From assembly GCF_009914755.1 (NCBI RefSeq), contig NC_060925.1: a DNA stretch of 64,000 nt; one strand, written 5' to 3'. The first letter of the stretch is position 1. Every line of letters starts with the position of its first letter. The notes under the pieces are model-generated. The model had not been told where the DNA came from. It searched no databases and saw only the letters and a list, made by a program, of their open reading frames with translations. Position numbers and translations under genes: made by a program. This DNA comes from the human T2T-CHM13v2.0 reference genome, Homo sapiens. Positions 42,726-54,210 of the stretch are shown piece after piece.

Positions 42726-42872
42726 GCCAGGTGCAGTGGTTTACACCTATAATCCCAGTAATTGGGCTGGCAGGGGCGGGAGGATAGCTTGAACCCCAGG
42801 AGTTCAAGACTTACCCAGGCAACATAGCACGCTCCTGTTCCCCACAAAAAGAAAAAAGCCAGCCAAAAAAAA
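42726..42872 (+). mobile_element. FLAM_C-like Alu monomer
   Basis: gccaggtgcagtggtttacacctataatcccag...gcttgaaccccaggagttcaagac...ggcaacatagc plus A-rich tail. Confidence 0.8.
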
Positions 42873-44088
42873 AGAGATTAGGTTAGTTGATATATATGAA
42901 CTACCCAGCACACAAGACTTGGAATACATGTGTTCAATAAGTGGTAACTTTTATTATCACCATATGTAATTATTGATTTTTCACAGTTTTAAATACAGAA
43001 ACAGAATGATACAATCTTCTTGATTCCTTCCCCAGCACCCCTCCAATCCTGGTGTCTGTAGAGTATAGGGTGTTAAGAGGTTTCAGAAACCACCCCAGCC
43101 CAGACCTGGAGGAGAAGCTGTGATGACTTCTCTTCATTAGCTGAACCTCACTTTATTCTTGTGGCTGGCCCTCCACTGAGGTCTGTCTTGGAACTCCTGA
43201 TGAGATTCCTGCCTTGCCCACTGCCTGCAGGTCCTAGCCAGCAACCCAGTCCTTGTGTGGCATGGGCTTCCTGCTGCTGGATCCCCGGCTCCACTGCATC
43301 ACCACCACACCTCCCCAGTGTCTACCTCCCCTCTCCTGGACTGCTAACTATTTGCCACATGGGCTTGGCCAGCTGCCTGACCCCCAGGGTGGAAGAGAGC
43401 TGGGGCATGATTTGAATTGTTTTTGAATGCCTTTACTTGAGTTCTGCTTTTCTTTGAAAATAGAACTCCAGGTTTCTGATCTGGGAGGCAAACGTATTCA
43501 CACCCTGGGAGCCCATTCCTAAAGCAATGGAGCCCTGACCTTCTGCCCCTCAGTGACTAGCTTGAACTTGACTTTCTCTGCTGAGCTGCTTTGGTGCCCT
43601 CCAGAAATGTGGGGGCCCAGGGCTGTTAACACATCTGACTGCTCTTTTCCCCATCTTGACAAAAGTCATTCATTTGTAACTCTTCATAGCCCTTTGTAAC
43701 CGTTTCTAGCATTACTATTTCTCCTCTTCTTTCCTTCTTCGGGTAAGAAATGCCTCCAAAACCCAGATTTTGGCACAAGAACTCCTAGATTGTTTTTATA
43801 GTCCCAACGTAGCACTTCTTTGTTACAGCTTGATATTCCCAAATTTTGTTCCAAGTCTCATTATTTTACATTTATAAATATCAGGTTGTATTAATTGGTT
43901 CCAGCTTTAAAAAATGTTCCATCAGGGGTTATTTCTGCTATTTTGATAGTGGTTTCTAAATGTGGAGTGCCGAGGCCCTGGTGTGGGCCACGTTCTGTAG
44001 GCATCCCTGAAGGACTGATGTGGAACGGAAAGATCCGCAGATTCTGAGTCTTGCTGTATTCTTTGAAGACTGTACTGGCCATAATAGC

Positions 44089-44317
44089 TTCAAAGAATTT
44101 CAACAAGTTCCTAAGACATGACCTTCCCTTTCCGAAAATCACGTTGGCCAGGCTTGCCTTAATCAAGCTGTGCTTTTCTAAGCATCCTTTTACTTGATCT
44201 CCTGCAGCAGTTTTTAATACTTTTCCTACAAGTGAAGTTAAACTAACTGGCCTGCAATTTCCTGGTGTGTCCCTAAGCTCTATGAAATAACGGCATTAGG
44301 TTGGCTAGCTTCCAATT
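44089..44317 (-). mobile_element. CR1/L3-clade LINE reverse-transcriptase fragment
   Basis: Minus translation NWKLANLMPLF.. / PGNCRPVSLTSLVGKVLK..LEKHSLIK..FGKGRSCLRNLLKFFE. This matches the CR1 RT motif WK.ANV.PIFKKG...PGNYRPVSLTS..GK......HGF.KG.SCLTNLLEFFE. Confidence 0.85.
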
Positions 44318-47300
44318 CTTCCAGAATTTTTTTGTTTTGTTTTAAAGCGCGGGATTGAAAAGGCCAGAGAATGCTTCCTGTCTCCCTTTTCCTTCGTTTC
44401 TTCCATGACATACTGCTCTCTCTGTTCCCAGTAGAGCTGCCATTTTAATAACTTCAAACCTCTTAAATGTTTTCACATATTATTTGTACCTATCTCTGAA
44501 GCATGAGTTTTCCATTTTTCATTCTGACAAGGGCCACCCCCAATATAAGGGCTTACAATTCTATTAAATTGACTATTAATTCAAGGCACTGTTTAAAAAA
44601 TGAGTTTCATATCAGGAATCTGAAAAAGAGTGGCAAAATAGATTATAATTAAGCCTGTGTTCTCACTTGTCAATTACTAATAAATACATGTTGGAAAAGA
44701 CCTGAGAAAAATTTCTATACATCCAGGAAACAGAAGTCAAAAAATGGAACTATTACATCTGGGCATACTAATCTGAGGCACTAGCATAGTGTCTTAAAGT
44801 ATGGTGAAATGCATTAGATCTGAAGATCTAATTTGCATTCTACATTTTATTAAACTGCATTTGGTCCATTATTTTTAAATCTAATATCAGAAAAATCTTT
44901 CCACATTTGATGGTCTCCCGGTTGCAATAGAAAGGCCCGTAGAAATATTTTAAGATATATTTGTTAAAAAGTTATTTTAAAAATTATTTTCTTAAAAATA
45001 TGAGAATTTTTTTACTGACAGGAGTAAAAAAAAAATTAATAATTATTTGCATTTACAAAATTGCACCATATCACATAATGTTTAGGATAGTTCAAGTTCT
45101 TTATTGTACAGAAACTTGGAAAATTGTTTTGAAATAAGTGAGTCATCAACTAGAGCATAAGAACTTTTATTCTTTATAGACAATTTTTGTTTCAGTAAGC
45201 TTTTCATTTTTTTTATTTTTCATTTTGTGATGACCTAATGCGTCTTTTATAAATAAGTCACAGGCACATAAATCACGGCCCATTTGTGTGGATGAAGGCT
45301 CATTTCCTGGTTGGTAGGCATGGTGACCACCATCATGAAATGAAAAGAAACATGAAGTGGAATTTAAAAACTTTTAGGATGGTTGGTTCTGATTTCAGAT
45401 AAATTGGATAAGTAAATCCCTATCAACTAGTAGCTTTTTCTGATTTACCAAAGTGATAATGTCAAACCTAAAATTTGCACATTTATCCCATAAAGTTCAC
45501 TTACTGTGTATCAGATTTAGTCACAACTGGGAGAATCTTGGCATCTATGGTACACGTAGAACTCTCTCATCGAGAACATTTCAGTTGGTTTTGAATGACT
45601 ACTGATATTTTCCTTTTTAATTTTGGTCAGGACTGACTATACCTGTAAATGAACAGGTCAGATTTTCTATGTGGGCCATAAAGCATACATACACAGAAAA
45701 TTATTTGTGCATAGGTAGCAAGTATACTTAAGTTCAGGCATGAATCTAAACCATGTACTTTTTCCAGTGTTTGAAATGTTTCCTCATAGATTTCCATCTT
45801 TAGGATTTTAAAGTTGCCATCAAAATATGTACGGAATTCATCTTTCCTATTTAGCATATATTATACCATATAACTACAAATGTAGTACACATTAATTCGG
45901 TCTTCTCTCATTCCTATGGCCTTGCTTGAGCTATTCCCTTTTCTTAGAATGCCCTCTTCCACATTTGAAAGTCAAGATCTACCTATCCAAGGGGTAGACC
46001 AGTGAAAGATTACTTGGTTGGTGATAAAGTAGAAAAACTTGGTGCTATAGGTTTACCTTTGGTTAAATCCAAATTCTTCATTTTGCTAGTGAGCAGACTT
46101 CCTACCTTCTCTATGCCTCCATTTCCCCGTGCACACAATGGAGATTTTATCTTTCCTTTTAGAATTGTGATGTGGGCTAACTGATGTAATATATGTAAAA
46201 GATCAAAACTATCAGGACCTTTCCTTTCAAATGGCAATGTTTCCACAAAAATGTCTCTGGGTCTCACCCCTCCCTGCCAACTACCCCAGCTAATGATAAT
46301 CTCATCTTCCTTTGAATTCTTATACACTTTACCTGTCTCTCAAGAACTTCACTATTTTCTGCATTGTGTTATTCACTTACGCAGCAACTATTATTGAATG
46401 CCTACCACGCGCCAGGCTTATGTCCATATACATTTTGTCCTTTTTTCTCTCTAGCTTGTTCTTAAGCTTCCTGAGGTTAGAGTCTTTGCTTCTTGAGGTT
46501 AGAGTCTTTATAATATTAATATTCCTTCCTCTCTCTTCATCGTCTGATAGTGCCTGGCACTAGTGCTTTAACGAGTATGTTTGTTAATATTCGGTAAAAC
46601 CGGCTACTATATAATGCAGGCAATAAGCGTATATTTTCAAATGTGTCCATATCCTCAAGTAGGATTCACATGTGGGAAATGGTGCTTATATGCCAGTGCA
46701 TGGGTTCATCTTCATCCTCATTATTAAATAATAATGAGATGATAAAGCAGTAGCCAACATTCCTGAGAATATACACAAATAATAATATTCTGTTCTCATT
46801 CCCACATGAGTTCTTGAAACAGTTCCTAGTAGAGCAAAACATGCTTTCCAAAAAGAGAATGTGAATGAACAAATGAGCTGCAGCTACGTCTCTACAGAAT
46901 TACATTAGCACAAATCTAAGCAGCTTTTCAAAGAACTATGGTTTATAAATAAAGACTTTCATATATACAATGCCATGGCTAGATGAAATTCTAAGGTTTC
47001 AGGGGAAATTACACAATCTCATAATGAGGCTGTGTGTACACAACACCATGCCATCCAAATGAAAACTTGAGCAAATCACTTAGGAATGTGGTCTTTGCTA
47101 GCCCAGACATTTGGAGTCATTATTGGAAATATGCAATGTGGCTCTGACACTATTTTACTACTCATGGATGAAGTATACTATACAGAAGTCTCACTTTAGT
47201 TTGCTGCTTCTAATCAACCACAGGCTAGGAAACCAGAAAGCCTAATTGATTAAAATTGTGTTTAAAATAAGAATAACTAGGCTTTGATTTAAAGCTAACG

Positions 47301-47524
47301 AGAGTACCCTACAAGTAGAAGTAAATACAGGTGTTTAAATGCATGGCTGTTATATCGTGAGTTCCTTATCTCCAAAATGGAGGTTTCTAAAAAGTTACCA
47401 TGTAACAAAAGGAATTTGTTAGATTATCTTTTATCTCTTCTCCCACAGTGCAGAGTTTCCTTTGAGAAATGGGATGTTGCAAGACTTTCGCTCCTCAGGA
47501 GTTTACCACTATCAAGTGTCCTAG

Positions 47525-47997
47525 TGTGTCTGGAGTTGATTCCTTCCAGTGGGTTCCTCGTCTCACTGACTTCAAAGAATGAAGCCACTGACTTCGTGGT
47601 GTTACAGCTCTTAAAGTTGGTGCAGATCCAAACACTGAGCAACAGCAAGAGTTGTCACAAAGAGCGAAAAAACAAATCCTCCACACTCGGCAAGGGTACA
47701 CGAACCTGCTGCAAGGTGCTAGCTCAGGTGGCCAGCTTTTATTCCCTTATTTGGCCCTGCCCACATCCTGCTGATTGGTCCACTTTACAGAGCGCTGATT
47801 GGTCCATTTTACAGACTGCTGATTGGTCCATTTTACAGAGTGCTGATTGGCCCATTTTTACAGAATGCTGATTGATGCATTTACAATCCTCTAGCTAGAC
47901 ACAGAGCACTGATTGGTGCATTTACAATCCTCTAGCTAGACAGAAAAGTTCTCCAAGTCCCCACCCGACCCAGAAGCCTAGGCAGCTTCACCTCTCA
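47525..47997 (-). mobile_element. ERV9/LTR12-family solo LTR (473 bp), 4-bp TSD ctag
   Basis: Minus strand starts TGAGAGGTGAAG and ends CCAGACACA. Tandem gctgattggtccattttacaga repeats are present. ctag at 47521-47524 and 47998-48001. Confidence 0.93.
47737..47916 (-). promoter_or_regulatory. LTR12 U3 promoter: five intact CCAAT boxes and an AATAAAA TATA-like element
   Basis: ATTGG on + at 47774, 47798, 47822, 47846 and 47912 (first four with a 24-bp period). TTTTATT at 47737-47743. Confidence 0.7.
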
Positions 47998-49800
47998 CTA
48001 GTTGGTACAACCATGCAAGATTCTAAACAGAAATAGATTCATGAGCACACTGTCCACATGTCTCAAAGGTCCAGAAGTCCCAAGAGACTTTCTGGGCCTA
48101 TTCCATGGCCACCACTCGCAACTACCATGCAGCTCTGCAGGGGTTGCCAGTGACTTTTCAATTGTCTTGGGATGAGAGGTACTAGGTAGCAGAGTGCTTG
48201 AGCAGGTCCTAAATGTGAAGGGACTGAGATGGGAAATATTCCCCTCTTCTCCAGATGTGCAACCTGTCCTTGGCTGATGCTGACAAGGAGCCTGAATTTG
48301 TTTTATGGTCTTTATTAGTTTTGCTTCAGCGACTGGCATTAATGAATGTCTGGTGCACCTCAGGTTCAGTCTCCATGGCACTCCACCCACCTTCTCTTTT
48401 CTTCTGGAACCATTCAGAAGAGTGTATGTGAGCGAGTGTGGGAGGCTTATTGCCCAAATGCTCCACTGGAAGAATGTGGTAGAGCCAGATGTGAAATGGA
48501 CCCCCTGAGTGAAGAATATGCAACCAAGAGTCTCAGCACATATTGGAGAGGAATGGCTTTCTAACTTAACTCTGGGTTTGTAATCTTGTGCTATCCCACA
48601 TCCAAGTCAGAATGCCTGTCCAGACTAGACATCAAAACTAGGCTGCTATCATTTCTGATTTTTACTGAGTATCTGTGAAGAAGAAAGAATCTTTTGGGGG
48701 GTTAATTGATCCCAGGCCTGAGAATTGGATGTGGATTTCTATAGCCACTCACAAGAAAAATTCCAGTATTTTAAATCCACGTATCACATAATGTTTCAAG
48801 TGGAGCACACACATTCGGAACATTATAAAAAAGAGACAAAGTATATTATTTGACTGCAAAAGCACAGATAACTTTGGCATGATGGTGAGCGCCGCGTAGC
48901 AAGAGTTAATGCTATAAAATTCACAGCACTGTCTATTGTGAATAAATCCAATGAAACTTGTTCAGATAGTACTCAAGCAATACTAAATAGACCGTATGTA
49001 ATCACCCAAGACCTGAGACACATAAAAACTTTATTAGTCATCACTGAAATAAAGTGCAAACAAGTTCGTCTTAGAAAGATTCAAAACTCTTTATGTTTTA
49101 GGTCGGCTGCTCCATAAAACAGTGCCTGACAAATTTTAAGTGATATTCTAATTAATCACTGGATTTTTATAGTTTCTTGAAAGCTGTAAGTTAGATATTA
49201 ACAAGGCAGGGTGAGAAGAAATCCCCTTATACGGAGAATGAGTCCTACGTCCTTTGCACAAGCCCACTGGGTCAGCCAAGCCAGATTTTATACTAAGCAG
49301 CTGTTGGAAATGGAACGGACCATTAATCCGAAGAGTATCATTATTTTCATATCGATTAAAGTGGGATATAAACCGTGCACCAAGTTCACAAACTGATGGA
49401 AAATCACTGCAGCTGTACCTCTGTCTTATACAAGAAACACTTTCTGGCGCATTTTTACATTGTTTTTTTCGAGAAACTAACACTTTGTAATATACTGATC
49501 ATATGACTCTCCTTAATGCTGTCACATACTCAGCAATTATCATGAGAAAGTATGACCCAATACTTTGTGTCTATAGAAGTTTCTGATTTATATTTTTCAA
49601 TTATTTCAATTAGATGCAATGATGGTATAAACGATCTAGGAAATTGTATTTGTAAAGGGAAATTTTGAAATTTTAAAATTTTAAAAGGAGGCAGATTTTT
49701 TTTGTGTGTGTTCACCATCAGGAACAAATATCTCCAATGAGGAGCAGGCATTTATTTTCAAAGAATGAAATTTAAAAATGGCTATCAAATTATTACTTCA

Positions 49801-49959
<159 letters not shown>

Positions 49960-50507
49960 TTATGATGAAAAAAGCCTTATTTGAAGAATACTTAGATATA
50001 TGTAACTTTCAAATATCTAGGTGATCTGAAGGGTTGGGGAACCTAGCAAGAAAGAGGTACCCATGAATTAGGTAAAATATTTATAGTTACTTCGTAAGCT
50101 GTCAGTAATTGTATGGGTATGTGCCACCTGGCAGATCTTTTCTATATTATTGCTGTCCTCTGACCTCTGACAGCTATGATTCTCTGTAGCCTTCATTTTC
50201 CAATTAGTCATGTACCTCCCTGGAATCTTAAATAGTCTAGTCTTTTATAATTATTTAACTTGAATTAAATATTTTGTCACAGAACCTAGCATGGTGCCTG
50301 GTATGACCTCAGAAATCTTTGTCAAATAAATGAATATTGAATTAACAAAATTAATAAACAAAAATAAATTCTTCCAGATTGAACAACTCAAATTTATTCT
50401 GGCTAAATAGTTACTTAAAATAATCCATCAAAATTTACAAAACAGCCCAAGAATATGATAGTTTATTTTATAATTCTATTCTATTATTTTAAGTAAAAAA
50501 GTCTTCA

Positions 50508-50678
<171 letters not shown>

Positions 50679-52524
50679 CTATTAAAAATCAGACGGAATT
50701 AGATTTTAAATATTCCTGAATAGGTCATTTCGTGTCAAATATTTCCACTGAGAAGCAGAATAATTTTCCTGTAAATCTTACTTGAAAGACAGAGGTGACC
50801 TTGTAATGTATGTGGTTTTCTGATTGAAGTAGCCGCAAGGCGGCAGTATTGTGCCAAATTTCATGCAACTTGACCAAAAAACAATTTTCTGGAGAAACTA
50901 GTCCTTTTATTTTGAGGAAGACAATTTTTTAAAACGACACTTTCACTAGAATGTTGTCCAAGAATAATCTGGTGTTGGAAAGCAATCATTCATTCCTATG
51001 TCACAAATATACATTAAGATGTCTCAAAAAACAGGAATCTTTATTTTGTTCCCTGGTATATCCCAAGACTCTAAATAGTGGTAGGAATATAAAAGCAGCT
51101 GAAAAAAACTGTTAAATGTTGGGTCATATTGGATGAGCTGCCAAATGAGAACTGAACCACATCTTTTTCTCTTAATGTAACACAGGAATCTTACTGCTAA
51201 TTACACTCCCAAGAAATGGGCAAAAATATTACACTTGGACATGAAATTTTGCATCAAATAATTTTAAAAAATTAGTTACTAAAGAATTACATGCAGTACT
51301 TTTTTCTCTTTGTTTATTGTAATTGTAATTTCTGTTGGGAGATTAAGAGTGGCGCTCACTGGATTACCTCACATTACCAACTGTGAGATGCTGGGGAAAG
51401 CTACTCACGCAAATCAGTATTCCTGCTTTTGAACACTAACAATTTTAGGGAGAGATGAAACAAACAAACACGATAAAGACATCAGAAAAGAGAGGGAATA
51501 ATAAGGGAGGGCACTCTAGTCATGTGACCTCTCTGGGGCTTAGTTTCCCCATTCATAAAATAAAGGGGTTGGACAGGGCAATATCTAAGCAACTCTCTAG
51601 CTCCTCTCTAGAGGTCTGATTCAAATATAGTAAAATGGTCTCCTGGTGAATACCAAAACAATGTCTAAGATTTGAAAAGGTCACACAAATTTAATAAAAT
51701 GCATCATTTTATTTGGTTCCTCTGGTTTCTGCCCACTTTATAATCAGGTTGACGACAAAACTAGGGTATAGGTGGGAGAAAATACTTTAGTATTAATTCT
51801 TTCTTACCATCAAAGAGCAATTGTCCTTAAATCCTTCTTATTTAGCTCCATGGAAGTCTACTAACTACCTAACAAGACTCACCCAATTCTCAAGGCTACC
51901 ACCAAAACAGAAAACACATGTAAAAGCATAAAAATGTATATTTTACTTGCAAAGTGTGTGTGTGCATGCATGCATGCAGGTAGGTGTGACTTTGTGTGGT
52001 TTCCTCTGTTATAATGAGTTGAAAACATTCTTTTGTCTCTAAATTCACCAGGGGAAGACTGACCATTTATTTTTTAAACATTCTGACTTTTAAAAGTAGA
52101 TATGATATGTATAATGTGTAATGACCTTTCCTGAATTAGATGCCTTTTTTCTCTTGTCTGCTTCCTCAGTCAAAGCTGCAACTGTAGTCATCATTAAAGG
52201 GGAAAAATCTCTTTCATTTCACAATAAAGTACACACAGTTACAGTACAGGCAATACCTTGAAGTTCCTGATGACTACACCTTCCAAAACTGAAGATTTTA
52301 ATAACCACCTTTACCCCCTTATCCCGCTGTCCACTGCAAGTTTCCTTGCCAATATTTGAAAGTTAATGGTGACAAGAAAAGGCTGTCTTTCTGCTCTTTG
52401 GGGGGCAACTGAGAAAGAGGGTATTGTAGTCCATTACCCATCTACTTATTAGTATTTGGTGTCAAGGCAGGTGTTGACCATTTCAGACCAGAAAATAAAA
52501 GAAGAGAGGAGGGGCAAGAGGGAA

Positions 52525-52680
52525 CTAACAATTATTGTGAATCTGCCATGCGTCAGGCATATGTTATCTCATTGAATCCCTAAGTTACCCTACAAGATAG
52601 GTTCACTATTATCTTATAGATGGAAAAACAAAGGTCCAAAAAAGTTAAATGACTTGTTCAAGGTCATTTTGGCAGAACCT
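52525..52680 (-). mobile_element. MIR fragment
   Basis: ttatctcattgaatcc...tatagatggaaaaac...gttaaatgacttgttcaaggtca. Confidence 0.7.
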
Positions 52681-52875
52681 CATGGAGACCACAGACATGG
52701 CTTACAACTTTGTGATCATTTCAGAACAGTTTTGGGAATAAGTCTTTGGGCTCAGAATGTCTTTCCATAATCCTTAAATTGCACCTAACAGACTATTTGG
52801 CCATAATAAAACTATCAGGGAAATATTTATCTCAAATGTATACATGTGTATAGGCCTTCAAAAATAGATTAGGTA

Positions 52876-53185
52876 GGCTGGGCATGGTGGCTCATGCCTG
52901 TAATCTCAGCACTTTGGGAGGCTGACATGGGCAGATCACAAGGTCAGGAGATCGAGACCATTCTGGCTAACATGATGAAACCCCATCTCTACTAAAAGAT
53001 ACAAAAATTTAGCCGGGCGTGGTGGAGGGTGCCTGTAGTCCCAGCTACTTGTGAGGCTGAGGCAGGAGAATGGCATGAACCCAGGAGGCAGTGCAGTGAG
53101 CTGAGATCGCACCACTGCACTCCAGCCTGGGTGACAAAGCGAGACTCCGTCTCAAAGAAAAAAGAAAAAGAAAAAAGAAAAAAAA
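52876..53185 (+). mobile_element. AluY-like
   Basis: ggtcaggagatcgagaccattctggctaaca...ggagaatggcatgaaccc...gagactccgtctc plus A-rich tail. Flanking agattag(g/a)ta repeat. Confidence 0.92.
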
Positions 53186-54125
53186 GAGATTAGATATTAA
53201 ATCCTTAAAACATCATATAATTACTTTTTTAAAAATTATAATTTTACAAAGGATCAAAGAGGTTAAAGAAATTTCCCAAGGTTCTTTCTCTCAAGCGCAA
53301 AGCTCTTGTTCCTTCCTTTGCTCCAGGAGACATCTTAACATAAAATTGTTCCTCCAAGTCATGGCACAGTACCGAAACTCACGGGTCCCTGAAGTCACTC
53401 TGAGACAGTCTGCCCAGGCGAGAGCACGTTCAGATTTGTTTAGAGCTCTCTAGGAGAGCTGGGTTCCAGGCCACGTCTCCCCATTTCAAGGGGTCTTAAG
53501 AGTCGAGCTCTGTCCCAGTTTCCCATCTATGGTCTCTTGCCCACTAAATGTGTGCTTTAAAATTGCATCTATGTGGCAAAACAGGACTCATAACTTTGTC
53601 AGAGTTATGGTTTAGTGTCTAATCACATGGCCAGAACCTGAGCAAACATGACAGGGACCAGTCAGACAATAATAACACAAACTGAGAATGCCTACAGAGA
53701 AGGATGCACTCATTGTGAGCTGCAGCAGGGGGGCAGTAAGATGCTAGCAAATGTGCAATATTCAACTAATGAAGAACAAGTCATTTCCCCATGTCTAATT
53801 GGACAGCATAGTTAAATAAGCAATTCTCTGCAAATACAATTTCTGAGTGTTTCTCTTAGTATTTCAGGGTAACCAGAGATTCCAAACTTCCACCAACTGG
53901 CGGCATTTTTAGAAATAAAAAACTTGAAAAAAATCAGACACAGATTAGATTTGGCAAAATACAATCAAAAACACCCCTCCACCCATATCCTATCCCAACA
54001 TGCAGCTAAATGAAGTCCTTAAATTTAAGTTCACAGGACAGAAAAAGAAATTTAGTATGGAGAAAACAAGGGTAGACCATTGTGGGCAAATGAAAGTATA
54101 ATGTGTGCAACCCAATTCACCACAG

Positions 54126-54210
54126 GCTACTAATTACATCCAAACTTCTTAAACTATCTTAAGAAGTTTAAGTTTAAGATAGTTTAAGAAGTTTGGGTGT
54201 AATTAGTAGC
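54126..54210. repeat. Inverted repeat: 37-bp arms (36/37 complementary), 11-nt loop
   Basis: gctactaattacatccaaacttcttaaactatcttaa [gaagtttaagt] ttaagatagtttaagaagtttgggtgtaattagtagc. Confidence 0.95.

Noticed and set aside
47377-47871. 164-aa ORF with repeated SADWSILQ units
   Set aside because: Translation of the LTR12 24-bp CCAAT tandem repeats on the antisense strand. The array has no unique spacers, so it is not CRISPR-like either.
50832-50902. GCCGC-AAG-GCGGC mini-hairpin followed by CTAGT, suggestive of a Helitron 3' end
   Set aside because: The hairpin is about 50 nt from the CTAG rather than about 10, and the stem is only 5 bp; insufficient support.
53721-53738. CTCF-like tgcagcaggggggcagta
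   Set aside because: An extra G breaks the core register; the match to CCASYAGRKGGCR is poor in either alignment.
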